From contig JAWLHY010000007.1 in assembly GCA_041690135.1 (NCBI GenBank), forward strand, positions 96,001 to 160,000: DNA of 64,000 bases. Reading direction: 5' to 3'. The notes below the pieces were generated by a model that was given only the letters and a program-made list of their open reading frames with translations, did not search any database and was not told the DNA's origin. How positions within the stretch are numbered: position 1 is the stretch's first letter; each line of letters begins with the position of its first letter. Shown piece after piece: positions 29,351 to 39,303 of this stretch. Source of the DNA: Armatimonadota bacterium. GTDB lineage: Bacteria; Armatimonadota; SYMT01. A program made the position numbers and the translations under genes.

Positions 29351-29845
29351 ATGAAGCTGAACCGACTTGCCGTGACTTTTGCCGCGCTCGTGTGTGTTTC
29401 CACTGCTGCAATCCGCGTTGTCGCGGACTCGGCACCCACGCACCCCTTCGATCCGAACCTGGGCGCTATCCGCGCGTCCGGGTCCTGGAGGGGAACCACC
29501 TTTATCCTGGTCACGGGGGAAGGCCGGGGTGTTGCGCTTCCGGCCCTGGTGGATGTGCCTTACGGGTCCGATGCAAATACGGTGCCGCCGCCCGACTACG
29601 GCCCGAAGGGGTTCTGGATGGAGATCGATCCCGGCAAGTACACGCTGATCGCGGCTGCTCCGGATAAGCGGAAGGCGCAGGTCAACTTTGAAGTGGGGAA
29701 GGGCCAGGAGATCTGGTTGCGGGCCGACCTGGAGCCCCAGAAGAGCAAGTTCGCGGTTTCGGAACCCCTGGACCAGAAGACCGGGCCTACCTGGAGCAAG
29801 CGGGACCTAATCCCCGTGCTGCAGAAGCTACGCTGGCGCCAATAG
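29351..29845 (+). CDS. Secreted hypothetical protein, possible Ig/prealbumin-like fold
   Basis: Signal-like 'MKLNRLAVTFAALVCVSTAA'; 'IDPGKYTLIA..VNFEV'; GC3-rich codon pattern. Confidence 0.6.
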   Translation: MKLNRLAVTFAALVCVSTAAIRVVADSAPTHPFDPNLGAIRASGSWRGTTFILVTGEGRGVALPALVDVPYGSDANTVPPPDYGPKGFWMEIDPGKYTLIAAAPDKRKAQVNFEVGKGQEIWLRADLEPQKSKFAVSEPLDQKTGPTWSKRDLIPVLQKLRWRQ

Positions 29846-29965
29846 TCATCATTGATCGGCGCGTGGCGGTAGAGAGCGCCTCGCGGATCCGGACCGGGTG
29901 TGTGGGAGACGTCTCAAAAGGCGACTATCGTTGCCGGTAAGCCCCTTGCCTCGTACAATAGCGGC

Positions 29966-31213
29966 ATGAATTGGCCTAAAGTCTTCTCCCGAACTTCGGA
30001 TTCACGGGTTCGCGCCGCGGGGCTGGGTGTGGCAGCGCTGACCGGAGTGGTCGTCTGTGCTGGTGTTGCCCGGTCGCAGCAGCCTTCCGCCGCCGACCGA
30101 AGGGAGCGCTTCCGTGTGATGTCCCGGGAAGCCGAAGCTCGGGGGCTGGCCGAACCGTTCAAGGGGATCACCACGAACGGGAAGGTCATCCCCGACCTGT
30201 TCCGCGTCCGCTCGACCGGGGTCTCGACCGCGCCGGTCCGCCGGGCGGCCGAGGGGTTCCTGAACGCGCTCTCGCCGGAGCAGCGAGCCAGGACCACGTT
30301 CGCGGTCAACGATCCGGAGTGGCGGAAGTGGATGAACCAGCACTTCTATGTCCGCCAGGGTGTCAGTTTCAAGGAGATGTCCGAGCCGCAGCGGGAGGCC
30401 GCCCAGGGGCTGCTGCGGGCGGCCCTGAGCGCCAAGGGGCTCCGGCAGACCCGGGATGTGATGCGGCTGAACCATACCCTCGGGGAGATGACCAACAACT
30501 TCGAGGAATATGGCGAAGATCTCTACTGGATCACCGTGATGGGTCAGCCGTCCGCAAAGGAGCCCTGGGGCTGGCAGTTGGACGGCCACCACCTGAACAT
30601 CAACTACTTCGTACTCGGAGACCAGGTGGTTATGACCCCCGCGTTCTTCGGGTCCGAGCCTGTGATCGCCCGCTCTGGGAAGTACAAAGGGACAGCCGTC
30701 TTGCAGTCCGAGCAGGCAAAAGGCCTGGCATTGATCAACGCGCTGGACGCCGGGCAGCGCCAGAAAGCGATTCTCCCCGTCTCAAAGACCGGCAACAACA
30801 ATGTCGCGGAGGCGTTCAAGGACAACATCGTGCTCGACTACGCCGGAATCCGGGCGACCGAGCTCTCGAGGCGGGAGCGAGAACGACTCCTCGCACTGAT
30901 TGGAGAGCACGTCGGGAACATGGCCGAGGGGCACGCCAGGGTGAAGATGTCGGAGGTCCGGAAGCACCTCGACGACACGTGGTTCGCCTGGATTGGGGGG
31001 ACGGAGCCGGACAGCGTCTTCTACTACCGCGTGCAGAGCCCGGTGATCCTCGTCGAGTTCGACCACCAACTCCCGATCGCCCTTCGCGACCTGCCCCGGG
31101 TGCCCAACCGGGAGCACATCCATTCGGTCGTCCGGACGCCTAACGGGAACGACTACGGGAAGGACCTGCTGCGGCAGCACTACGAACGCCATCCCCATCC
31201 CCACAACCACTAG
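29966..31213 (+). CDS. DUF3500 domain protein
   Basis: '[14 protein letters not shown]','TPAFFG','[15 protein letters not shown]','[15 protein letters not shown]'. Confidence 0.85.
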   Translation: MNWPKVFSRTSDSRVRAAGLGVAALTGVVVCAGVARSQQPSAADRRERFRVMSREAEARGLAEPFKGITTNGKVIPDLFRVRSTGVSTAPVRRAAEGFLNALSPEQRARTTFAVNDPEWRKWMNQHFYVRQGVSFKEMSEPQREAAQGLLRAALSAKGLRQTRDVMRLNHTLGEMTNNFEEYGEDLYWITVMGQPSAKEPWGWQLDGHHLNINYFVLGDQVVMTPAFFGSEPVIARSGKYKGTAVLQSEQAKGLALINALDAGQRQKAILPVSKTGNNNVAEAFKDNIVLDYAGIRATELSRRERERLLALIGEHVGNMAEGHARVKMSEVRKHLDDTWFAWIGGTEPDSVFYYRVQSPVILVEFDHQLPIALRDLPRVPNREHIHSVVRTPNGNDYGKDLLRQHYERHPHPHNH

Positions 31214-31307
31214 GGAAGCTGCTGTTGGGGCGACGCCGCACTCCCTCACTGCCGGTGACTTCGAAGCCGATGCCTCGCCGGAGGGTTTCCCCCTCCAGAA
31301 CCTCTCT

Positions 31308-32003
31308 TCAGTCCGCAAGAAAGGCCAGAAAAGGCGCCGGGACATCGGGATCTTCCGTTCGGGCACGGTAGGAGTCGCCTCCCGGACCGATATCGAACAG
31401 CCAACGGGCCAGTTCGTTGGCCCCTTCCTCTGGGGCCAAGTCTAGGGTGCGAACAGCATCTTCCAATTGCCCGCGGACAGCTTCCGGCTCCACACCGTAG
31501 AGGACTGCGGGAATGAGGAGGAGGAGCGCAGCGGCTGCCAGCTTGGGGTCGCCGGACTCCTGTTCCACTCCCTTCGCGATCCGGGTCACATCCGACCAGC
31601 GGAGTTCTGGCTCCCAGCCCTGCCCGTAGTGACCGGCAAGGATGACCGGCTCAGTATCCGGTGCGGGGTATAAGCAGAACAGTATGCACGCGTCCTCGGG
31701 CACGTCGTGGTATTCCATCGTGACTTTCCGCCCGCCCGGGAGGGGCAGTGGTAGCCGGTAGCAGGGGTAGCTAGGAGCCTGTTCCCCACGTTCCACGAAT
31801 TCCCGGTCCCCGAACTCCCGCTTTCCGAACTCCTCCAGCGTGTCCGGAGAAAGCGCCATCAGAGCGTAAAGGTCCGGGTGTGGGTCCTCTTCCCCCGCGC
31901 CTCTGGCAATGGTGACGAAATGGTAGCCCCAGTACTCCCGCAAGCGCAGCAAGTCCGGGCGATCCAGGTAGCGTGGTTCGCACACGAAAGACTCTTGATC
32001 CAT
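31308..32003 (-). CDS. Hypothetical protein resembling immunity protein Imm19
   Basis: ATG 32003 after AAAGGAG; 'PCYRLPLPLPGGRKV...ILAGHYGQGWEPELRWSDV...LLLLIP' resembles my recollection of Imm19 ('GH..GPGLSWPEL...LLLLLP'). Confidence 0.5.
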   Translation of the reverse strand: MDQESFVCEPRYLDRPDLLRLREYWGYHFVTIARGAGEEDPHPDLYALMALSPDTLEEFGKREFGDREFVERGEQAPSYPCYRLPLPLPGGRKVTMEYHDVPEDACILFCLYPAPDTEPVILAGHYGQGWEPELRWSDVTRIAKGVEQESGDPKLAAAALLLLIPAVLYGVEPEAVRGQLEDAVRTLDLAPEEGANELARWLFDIGPGGDSYRARTEDPDVPAPFLAFLAD

Positions 32004-32263
32004 TCGCTGCTCCTTTCGAGGAAAGCTATTTGGCGGCGAATGCTTATGTTCCTGCACTTCCAGCCAGCGCATGCGGTGGCGCTGCCATGGCGCAATAGCC
32101 TGCTGTGGCCCTCTTGCCTGCGGCACCTGGAGGGTCCAGCGGAGGTTGCGGAAGTGGAACTGCAGGTGCCGGCCGTCTTCGGACCAGATGAGAGTGTTGT
32201 GTCTACCCCCATGATCTGAGACACACATCAATCGAGAAGTCCAGCGACAAAGGGGTACGTAGA

Positions 32264-32318
32264 CTGGAGCAAGAGCGAACTGATCCCCGTGCTGCAGAAG
32301 TTGCGGTGGCGCCAATAG
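32264..32318 (+). pseudogene. Orphan duplicate of the 3' end of the 29351-29845 gene
   Basis: Encodes WSKSELIPVLQKLRWRQ* versus WSKRDLIPVLQKLRWRQ*. In-frame TGA upstream at 32217 with no ATG between. Confidence 0.7.
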
Positions 32319-32624
32319 CGCCGATGATGAAAGTCGTAGGCCTCGCCGCCGCGGGCGAGGCCCGTTTCGGTGGGCGCCCGTGACGCTTGGACGTGAGCAC
32401 CAGATGAGCCGGTACTGGGCTGGGTAACTCTCGAGAGCCTGGGGGGCAAGGGGCGCGCGGAAGTTTGGTGCGGGCGCCATTCGGTGTAGGAAGGAAAGAG
32501 CGACCGTCATTAGTCACGGCGGCGGTGCGAACCCGGGATTTCACGAGCGCGCGTGCACGTGGACGAGGCAAGTCGCTCCGAATGGACAGGATCTACCTCA
32601 CAGTTCCGTTCGCTCGCCATCTGG

Positions 32625-34157
32625 ATGCGAGGGAAGGCAGTTGTGATCCTCTACCCGGCACTTGTCATTGTGGGGGTTGTGGTCCTTTGGGGGATCCTTT
32701 CCCCGTCGAGTCTCGGGACAGCAGCCGACGCAGCCCTGGCATTTACCACCCAATCCTTCGGCTGGTTCTACCTCTGGGTGGTATTCGGAGTGGTGATTTT
32801 CTGCCTCTATCTCGCGTTCAGCCGGTACGGGAGTCTGCGGCTCGGGAAAGAGGACGAGGAGCCGGAGTTTTCCGGTACGGCCTGGTTCGCTATGCTGTTT
32901 GCGGCCGGAATGGGGATCGGCCTGGTGTTTTGGGGAGCGGCGGAGCCGCTTCTGCACTACCAGAAGCCGCCGCCGGGAGTTGAGCCCAGATCCCCAGAGG
33001 CCGCGAATGCCGCGATGCGCTACGCCTTTTTTCACTGGGGTTTGCATCCGTGGGCTATCTACACGGTGGTGGCCCTGGCAATTGCCTTCTTCCAACGTCG
33101 GGAAGGCGGAGGGATCACTTTCAGCGCAACCATGCAAGGGCTGGGAGGCAATCCCCGGGCGCTCTGGATGCGGGTGATCGACCTCTTTGCGGTGGTGGCC
33201 ACCGCCTTTGGAGTGGCCACTTCGCTCGGGCTGGGGTCGCTGCAGATCAACAGCGGTCTGAATACGGTGTTCGGACTTCCGATCGGCGTGGGCTACCAGA
33301 TCGGGATTATTGTTGTCACGACAGTGCTCTTCTTGCTCTCCGCACTCTCAGGAATTGAGCGCGGCATCAAGTGGTTATCTACCACGAACCTGGTGATTGC
33401 AGCGCTCCTCATGGGGGCGGTCTTCCTGCTCGGTCCCACCGGCGCCATCCTGGACACGTTCACCAATACGCTGGGCAGTTACCTGAGCGATCTTGTGCGG
33501 ATGAGTCTTCGTCTTACTCCATTTCGCGGCACTACCTGGGTAGGTGACTGGACGATTTTCTACTGGGCCTGGTGGCTCTCCTGGGCGCCGTTTGTGGGCC
33601 TGTTCATCGCGCGGGTATCGCGGGGTAGGTCCATCCGGGAGTTCGTGATCGGAACGTTGCTGGTTCCCTCGCTGCTGTGCTTCGCGTGGTTCTCCATCTT
33701 TGGGGGCACCGGGATATACCTGGAGATATTCCGGCAAGTGCCGTTGGCCGCCGCCGCAGAAATGGATCCCTCCATTGCCATCTTCCGGCTCTTCAGAGAA
33801 CTGCCGTTCACTGCTGTGCTCTCGGTGGTGGCCACCTTGTTGGTGCTCATCTTCTTTATCACCTCGGCGGATTCCGCAACCGTGGTCCTGTCCATGCTGA
33901 GCTGTCACGGCGATCCGGACCCTCCGATGCGCATCCGGTTCGTCTGGGGAGTGCTGGTCTCACTTGTAGCCGTGAGCTTGCTGCTGGCAGGCGGTCTGAA
34001 AGGTATCCAGTCCGCGGCTATCGTTGCGGCACTCCCATTCGCGGGGGTGATTGTGCTCCTTTGCATTTCACTGCACCGCGCCCTGGCCCGCGAGTGGCAA
34101 CAGCAGGAATTGGAGCGGCGCGAAATGTGGCGTCGACTGCAGGGGCGGGTCCGCTGA
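32625..34157 (+). CDS. BCCT-family (betaine/choline/carnitine) transporter
   Basis: 'WFAMLFAAGMGIGLVFWG.AEP','FHWGLHPW','WTIFYWAWWLSWAPFVGLFIARVSRGR'. Confidence 0.95.
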   Translation: MRGKAVVILYPALVIVGVVVLWGILSPSSLGTAADAALAFTTQSFGWFYLWVVFGVVIFCLYLAFSRYGSLRLGKEDEEPEFSGTAWFAMLFAAGMGIGLVFWGAAEPLLHYQKPPPGVEPRSPEAANAAMRYAFFHWGLHPWAIYTVVALAIAFFQRREGGGITFSATMQGLGGNPRALWMRVIDLFAVVATAFGVATSLGLGSLQINSGLNTVFGLPIGVGYQIGIIVVTTVLFLLSALSGIERGIKWLSTTNLVIAALLMGAVFLLGPTGAILDTFTNTLGSYLSDLVRMSLRLTPFRGTTWVGDWTIFYWAWWLSWAPFVGLFIARVSRGRSIREFVIGTLLVPSLLCFAWFSIFGGTGIYLEIFRQVPLAAAAEMDPSIAIFRLFRELPFTAVLSVVATLLVLIFFITSADSATVVLSMLSCHGDPDPPMRIRFVWGVLVSLVAVSLLLAGGLKGIQSAAIVAALPFAGVIVLLCISLHRALAREWQQQELERREMWRRLQGRVR

Positions 34158-34184
34158 GGTGGCGCGGTGCAGCGTACGAAGAAG

Positions 34185-34211
34185 CAGGCTAGAGAACGCT
34201 TCTCTAGCCTG
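34185..34211. terminator. Hairpin between the convergent BCCT gene and tRNA
   Basis: CAGGCTAGAGAA-CGC-TTCTCTAGCCTG. Confidence 0.7.
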
Positions 34212-34227
34212 TCTCTGGATTATCTAG

Positions 34228-34301
34228 GGCGAATGAGGGGAATTGAACCCCCGGCCTCTAGGGCCACAACCTAGCGCTCTAGCCACTGAGCTACACCCGC
34301 C
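34228..34301 (-). tRNA. tRNA-His (GTG), G-1:C73, CCA not encoded
   Basis: Minus strand GGCGGGTGTAGCTCAGTGGCTAGAGCG-CTAGG TTGTGGC CCTAG-AGGCCGGGGGTTCAATTCCCC-TCATTCGCC, followed by CTA. Confidence 0.95.
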
Positions 34302-34393
34302 GCATTCAGTTGGTTAGGGATCGCTACCACCGTCAAAAGACAAGTGGTTGCCCCGGACGCAACTGCGCCGAACCTGTGGGGTCCGGCACGCGC

Positions 34394-34422
34394 ATTATGG
34401 CATGGGCTCTTTTTCGTGTCAA
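34394..34422 (-). promoter_or_regulatory. Sigma70 promoter of tRNA-His
   Basis: TTGACA-N17-CATAAT on the minus strand. Confidence 0.8.
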
Positions 34423-34455
34423 TAGTCCCCAGACGGATAGGGGCTTGAGAAAATA

Positions 34456-34490
34456 ATTTGATGTCAAATCGTTTAGTGTCGGCATATAAT
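34456..34490 (+). promoter_or_regulatory. Palindromic operator and -10 box upstream of the pirin operon
   Basis: ATTTGA-TG-TCAAAT (34456-34469) over the expected -35 position; TATAAT at 34485-34490. Confidence 0.6.
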
Positions 34491-34605
34491 GCGGTGGATG
34501 GCCGATAAGACGCTCCCAGGCGGGGCGTGAAGCCGTCTACGAGGGTAAACGGAGGCGGCGGGTGCGGTCCCGGAATGGGGAGCCGCGACGCCGGGAGGAG
34601 TTGTG

Positions 34606-35304
34606 ATGATCAAGGTTCGACGGTCGGAGGAGCGGGGGCACGTGCAGCTCGGTTGGCTGGATACCCGTCATACTTTTTCTTTTGGCGAGTACTACGACGA
34701 GGAGCATATGGGCTTCCGGTCGCTGCGGGTCATCAACGACGACCGGGTGGCGCCGGGCCGAGGATTCGGGACGCATCCGCACCGCGATATGGAGATCCTC
34801 ACCTACGTGCTGGAAGGCGCCCTGGAGCACCGGGACAGCATGGGGAACGGGGCGGTCATTAATCCAGGCGATGTTCAGGTGATGAGCGCGGGGACCGGGA
34901 TCACGCACAGCGAATTCAACCCGTCGCCGTCGGATCCGGTCCATCTCTTGCAGATCTGGTTCCTGCCGGAGCGAAAGGGTCTAACTCCCCGATACGACCA
35001 GAAGCTGTTCTCGCGGGAGGAGCGCCAGGGCACGCTGCGGCTGGTGGCCTCGCGGGACGAGCGCGACGGCTCGGTGCTGATCCAGCAGGATGCAGCGCTG
35101 TATGCAACGCTGCTAGACCCCGGACAGAGCGTGGACCATGCGCTGCAGGAGGGCCGACATGCTTGGGTTCACGTGGCCCGGGGATCGGTCACCCTCAACG
35201 GGGTGGCTCTGCAGGCCGGCGACGGTGCGGCGGTGAGCGAGGAGTCCCGCCTGGAGTTGACCGGCGTGGAGCCGGCGGAAGTGCTGGTGTTTGATTTGGG
35301 TTAA
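34606..35304 (+). CDS. Pirin family protein (YhhW-like)
   Basis: '[11 protein letters not shown]','LRVINDD','[12 protein letters not shown]','[11 protein letters not shown]','LLQIW'. Confidence 0.95.
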   Translation: MIKVRRSEERGHVQLGWLDTRHTFSFGEYYDEEHMGFRSLRVINDDRVAPGRGFGTHPHRDMEILTYVLEGALEHRDSMGNGAVINPGDVQVMSAGTGITHSEFNPSPSDPVHLLQIWFLPERKGLTPRYDQKLFSREERQGTLRLVASRDERDGSVLIQQDAALYATLLDPGQSVDHALQEGRHAWVHVARGSVTLNGVALQAGDGAAVSEESRLELTGVEPAEVLVFDLG

Positions 35305-35366
35305 GTCGGTGTTCGGGTGTTCGGGTGTTTCGAGGTACCTGACCACCTGAATACCTGACCACCTGA
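35305..35366. repeat. Octamer tandem repeats in opposed orientation
   Basis: 'ggtgttcgggtgttcgggtgtt' then 'acctgaccacctgaatacctgaccacctga'. Confidence 0.6.
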
Positions 35367-35387
35367 AAAGCGCTACGGAGGAATGAG

Positions 35388-35978
35388 ATGACAAACGCAC
35401 CGAGAGTATTGGTTTTCGCGGGGTCGTCCCGCGAGGGCTCGTTCAACAAGAAGTTGGCACGGTTCGCGGCTCGTGCGGCGCGGGAAGCGGGCGCGGAGGT
35501 GACCTACCTGGACCTGCGGGAATACCCGCTGCCGATTTATGACGGCGACCTGGAGGCGGAGCAGGGGCTGCCGGCGAACGCGCGAGCCCTGAAGGATCTC
35601 TTCATCGCACATGACGGTTTACTCATCGTCTCGCCGGAGTACAACAGCTCCGTGACGGCTCTTCTGAAGAACACCATCGACTGGGTCTCGCGCCCGGTAG
35701 AAGGCGAGCCGGCTCTGGCAGCATTCAGCGGGAAGATCGCGGCCATTCTGAGTGCCTCGCCGGGGGCGTTGGGTGGTCTGCGCGGACTGGTTCATCTCCG
35801 AGCGATCCTGGGAAACCTCGGAGTGCTGGTTCTTCCGGACCAGTTGGCGATCTCGAAGGCACACGAAGCATTCGACGCGGAGGGGAATTTAGCCGACGAC
35901 CGGCAGAGCGCGGGGGTCCGGAAAATCGCCATGGAGCTCGTCCGGGTGGCGGAAGCGCTTCGGAAGGATGAGGGATGA
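35388..35978 (+). CDS. NADPH-dependent FMN reductase
   Basis: 'FAGSSREGSFN','SPEYNSS..LKNTIDWVSR','SASPGALGG'. Confidence 0.93.
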   Translation: MTNAPRVLVFAGSSREGSFNKKLARFAARAAREAGAEVTYLDLREYPLPIYDGDLEAEQGLPANARALKDLFIAHDGLLIVSPEYNSSVTALLKNTIDWVSRPVEGEPALAAFSGKIAAILSASPGALGGLRGLVHLRAILGNLGVLVLPDQLAISKAHEAFDAEGNLADDRQSAGVRKIAMELVRVAEALRKDEG

Positions 35979-36237
35979 AGGCGGAAGGGGCCTCCGGCCG
36001 ATTAGGATGAGGACGAAGATTAGGATCAGGAACGGCTGGGGACAGGGATGAGGAGTTGGGGGATCAAGGTGGATGGCTGGGGTGTGGTGGGCACTCGAGT
36101 GGTTGTGAGAGCGGGCGTAGGAGTAGGAAGCCATCCCTCGGATCCCAATGCTGCGCTTGGTCATTGGCGGCCTGGAACACGCAATAGGACTAAGCAATTC
36201 GGATTACGCAATACGCAGTATGCGGAGGCGATGAACC

Positions 36238-36816
36238 ATGGCAGGTGAAAACATCCAGTGGCGGCACTCCCTGGAAGAGGCTCAGAACGAGGCACGGCAG
36301 CAGAATAAGCTGCTCCTGGTCGATCTATTCAACCCTGGGTGAGGCGGCTGCAAGACAATGGGTGCCGTGACGTACCCGGATCAACAGGTCGAGCAGCTCA
36401 TTCAGGAACATTTCATTCCGGTCCAGTTCAATGTGGCGGAGCAGCCGGAAGCGATGGAGCAGTTCAACACGCCCTGGACCCCCACGCTGATCGTGATGGA
36501 TCCGGACGGCAAGCAGCACCGCCGCAGCCAGGGTTACCTGGACCCGCAGCGGTTCATCGCGGAGATGTCGCTGGGGCGGTTGGTGGCGCCGATCGATCGC
36601 CAGGAGTTCGACCGGGCGCAGGCGATCGCGGGTGAAGTGAGTGCGGCTACCCAGGGAGATCCGACCCGGGAGCCGGAGGCGCTCTATTGGGCCTCGGTGG
36701 CGCACTACAAATCGTCCGGCGACGCCAACAACCTGCTGGCCGGTTGGAACCGCCTGCTGGATGAGTTTCCGGAGAGTGAGTGGGCGAAGAAGGTGAGTTT
36801 CATCCGTCAGGGATAA
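36238..36816 (+). CDS. Thioredoxin-family selenoprotein (UxxC) with a helical TPR-like C-terminus
   Basis: ATG 36238 reads approximately MAGENIQWRHSLEEAQNEARQQNKLLLVDLFNPG-TGA(36340)-GGCKTMGAVTYP, in frame with ORF 36358-36816; 'WTPTL' cis-Pro loop. Confidence 0.85.
36360..36377 (+). promoter_or_regulatory. Candidate bacterial SECIS hairpin
   Basis: GGGTGC-CGTGAC-GTACCC stem-loop; loop begins about 24 nt after the TGA with G at loop position 2. Confidence 0.6.
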
Positions 36817-36973
36817 GAAGCGTGCCGAAGGCCGCTTGGAGGCGAATGGGAGAAGGGAAGAATGGGGGAGTGGGGGGCTGACCAGGCGGTGCTCCCATTC
36901 CTATTTTTCCCTTTCATGCGTTCCCTCCGGTGAAACGCAGCGGAGGCGTGTATCCCGGAAGGGAAGGGCGTTT

Positions 36974-37016
36974 AGCTCCGGTTAATCTTCTTATGGGAGG
37001 ATTAACCGGAGCTTTT
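36974..37016 (+). terminator. Long hairpin/terminator
   Basis: AGCTCCGGTTAATCTTC...GAGGATTAACCGGAGCT followed by TTT. Confidence 0.65.
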
Positions 37017-37068
37017 CCGTGTACCGGGGCACTCCCGGCCATGTGCATCCTCTGAAAACACGCTCTTC

Positions 37069-38646
37069 ATGCGCAATCTACTCATCCCTGCCACGATGGC
37101 GGGACTCCTGTTCACGGCGGTTTACACCGTCCGGGCCGGCGCGGGCCGGTCCACTCCCTCCCAGGCGGCGCGTGGCGTCGTCTTTCATGACGCGGACCGC
37201 GACGGCCGCCGCGACTCCGGCGAAGCGGGTTTGCCCGGTGTCCGCGTCTCCAACGGTCGTGAGATCGCACTCACCGACCGCCAGGGCCGGTGGGAACTGC
37301 CGGTCAGCGACGACACGATCTTCTTCGTGATCAAGCCACGCGGCTGGATGACACCGGTCGACGAGAAGATGTTGCCGAAGTTCTACTACACCCACAAGCC
37401 CAACGGCTCGCCGCAGCTCAAGTATGGCGGCGTGGCGCCAACCGGCCCGCTGCCCGCCTCCATCGACTTCCCGCTGCACCGGCAGAAGGAGCCGGACCGG
37501 TTCCGGGCGCTGTTCTTCGGAGATCCCCAGCCGCGCGACCAGAAGGAAGTGGAGTACATCGGCCACGACGTGGTGGAGGAGTTGATCGGCACGGACGCCT
37601 CCTTCGGCGTCACTCTCGGCGACATCACCTTCGACGACCTCTCGCTGTTCGACAGCATCAACGGCACCATCGCCCTGATCGGGATTCCCTGGTACAACGT
37701 CATCGGCAACCACGACATCAACTACGATGCCGCGAGCGATCGTCACTCGGACGAGACGTTCGAGCGAGTGTACGGCCCGTCGTACTACTCCTTCGATCAC
37801 GGCCCGGTCCACTTCATCGTGCTGGACGACATCGCCTGGAGCGGCCGGACGCCGACCGACCGCGGCAAATACACGGCGGGATTGGGGCCGGATCAGGTGG
37901 AGTTCATCAAGAACGACCTGAAGCTGGTGCCCCAGAAGCAACTCGTGGTGCTGATGATGCACATCCCGCTCAACGAGATCAAAGACCGCCAGGACCTCTA
38001 CCGCCTGATTGAGCAGCGGCCTTACACCATGTCGATCTCCGGGCACACCCACTACCAGGAGCACCGGTTTATCACGCGGGATGATGGCTGGCGGGGTCCG
38101 GAACCTCACCACCACATCGTGAATGTAACGGTAAGTGGAAGCTGGTGGAGCGGCGCGCCGGATGAGCGCGGAATCCCCCACACCCTGATGCGCGATGGAG
38201 CTCCTAATGGGTACTCCATCCTGACGTTCGACGGCCACCGCTACTCTTTCGATTTCCGCGCGGCCTCACGGTCCAAAGAGTACCAGATGAACATCTACGC
38301 GCCCGAGGCCATCGAGGCCCGAGAAGCGGGGATGACCGATGTCCTGGTGAACGTCTTCGGCGGTTCAGAGCGCTCGCGCGTGGAAATGCGGCTGGGGGGC
38401 CAAGACTCCTGGGTGCCGATGCAGCACTATCCCACGCAGGACCCGGCCTTTGCCGTGATCAAGTCCACTGAAACGAGCGCCAGCCCACCGCAGGGGCGCA
38501 AGCTACCAAACACCATGAAGTCGCAGCACATCTGGCGTGGGGTGCTGCCGCGCTATCCCAAGCCGGGAGTGCACGAGATCCAGGTGCGCGCCACGGACAT
38601 GTTCGGCCAGGTGCACACGGGCAGCCGGGTGATCACCATCAAGTAG
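37069..38646 (+). CDS. Secreted calcineurin-like metallophosphoesterase
   Basis: Signal peptide; 'GVRVSNG','GDPQ','LGDI','GNHD','MHIP','SGHTH','SGSWW','DGAPNGY'. Confidence 0.92.
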   Translation: MRNLLIPATMAGLLFTAVYTVRAGAGRSTPSQAARGVVFHDADRDGRRDSGEAGLPGVRVSNGREIALTDRQGRWELPVSDDTIFFVIKPRGWMTPVDEKMLPKFYYTHKPNGSPQLKYGGVAPTGPLPASIDFPLHRQKEPDRFRALFFGDPQPRDQKEVEYIGHDVVEELIGTDASFGVTLGDITFDDLSLFDSINGTIALIGIPWYNVIGNHDINYDAASDRHSDETFERVYGPSYYSFDHGPVHFIVLDDIAWSGRTPTDRGKYTAGLGPDQVEFIKNDLKLVPQKQLVVLMMHIPLNEIKDRQDLYRLIEQRPYTMSISGHTHYQEHRFITRDDGWRGPEPHHHIVNVTVSGSWWSGAPDERGIPHTLMRDGAPNGYSILTFDGHRYSFDFRAASRSKEYQMNIYAPEAIEAREAGMTDVLVNVFGGSERSRVEMRLGGQDSWVPMQHYPTQDPAFAVIKSTETSASPPQGRKLPNTMKSQHIWRGVLPRYPKPGVHEIQVRATDMFGQVHTGSRVITIK

Positions 38647-38674
38647 CCCGCGCGTCCAGTCGAGGCGAACGGAA

Positions 38675-38705
38675 AACGGGCGGGGTTGCGGCCCCGCCCG
38701 TTCTT
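38675..38705 (+). terminator. Terminator hairpin
   Basis: AACGGGCGGGGT-TGCG-GCCCCGCCCGTT followed by CTT. Confidence 0.6.
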
Positions 38706-38785
38706 GTATTTGGGGGGAATACTCTGGCGATTGCCATCGAACGTGGGGTGTGCGTAAGAGATCCGAACCCGTTGGAGGCTGAGGT

Positions 38786-39019
38786 GGGAGTCCGGACGGT
38801 AGTCCAGGGTTCGGAGGCGGTGGTCGCAAGGGGAACCCGACTGGCGTCGGGACTCCCAGCCCGCGCTGAGGACGGGAGCAAACACCCTGGTAATCGCCAC
38901 GGATCGTGAGGGTTGCTCCAGGTTGCCGAACCGGTCTGAGTTCGAGAGGGGAGTCCGGACGCTAGTCCGGGGTTCGGGTACGGTGGTCGCAAAGCTGCCG
39001 GACTAACGTCCGGACTCCC
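38786..39019. repeat. Two tandem REPIN-like units (38786-38857, 38949-39019)
   Basis: GGGAGTCCGGACG(C/G)TAGTCC..spacer..inverted copy. Spacers share GGGTTCGG and GGTGGTCGCAA. Confidence 0.8.
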
Positions 39020-39230
39020 ATCCCGCACTACGGGATGAGTGCAGCTTCTCCGGCGACCGCAGCGCAGCGTGCTGCACCTCTGCCACGCGGACTATCCGTG
39101 GTCCGAAGGGAGATCCCGATTGCACCATCACGAGGACCGGGAATGACATCGCAAGTTCGCCGATGCAATCGGTGAATCCACACGGAAGCACGCGTCCGGT
39201 GCCATGGAACCAGGAAGGGCTACCATGGCG

Positions 39231-39264
39231 AAAGGCCGGCGCGGTGTTGTTCGCGCCGGCCTTT
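39231..39264. terminator. Bidirectional terminator hairpin
   Basis: AAAGGCCGGCGCG-N8-CGCGCCGGCCTTT. Confidence 0.7.
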
Positions 39265-39303
39265 CTTCTCCTTCAATCTGTGCAATCTGTGGCTACCACA
39301 TCC

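Noticed and set aside
32004-32510. N-terminal 169 aa of the 400-aa ORF
   Set aside because: Non-protein-like composition; a strong RBS precedes ATG 32003.
28920-34301. Integrative element at tRNA-His
   Set aside because: No integrase seen and I found no duplicate of the tRNA 3' end in the window.
36358-36816. 152-aa ORF as the complete gene, or a nonsense pseudogene
   Set aside because: The upstream in-frame Trx N-terminus, UxxC position and SECIS-like hairpin favour Sec recoding.
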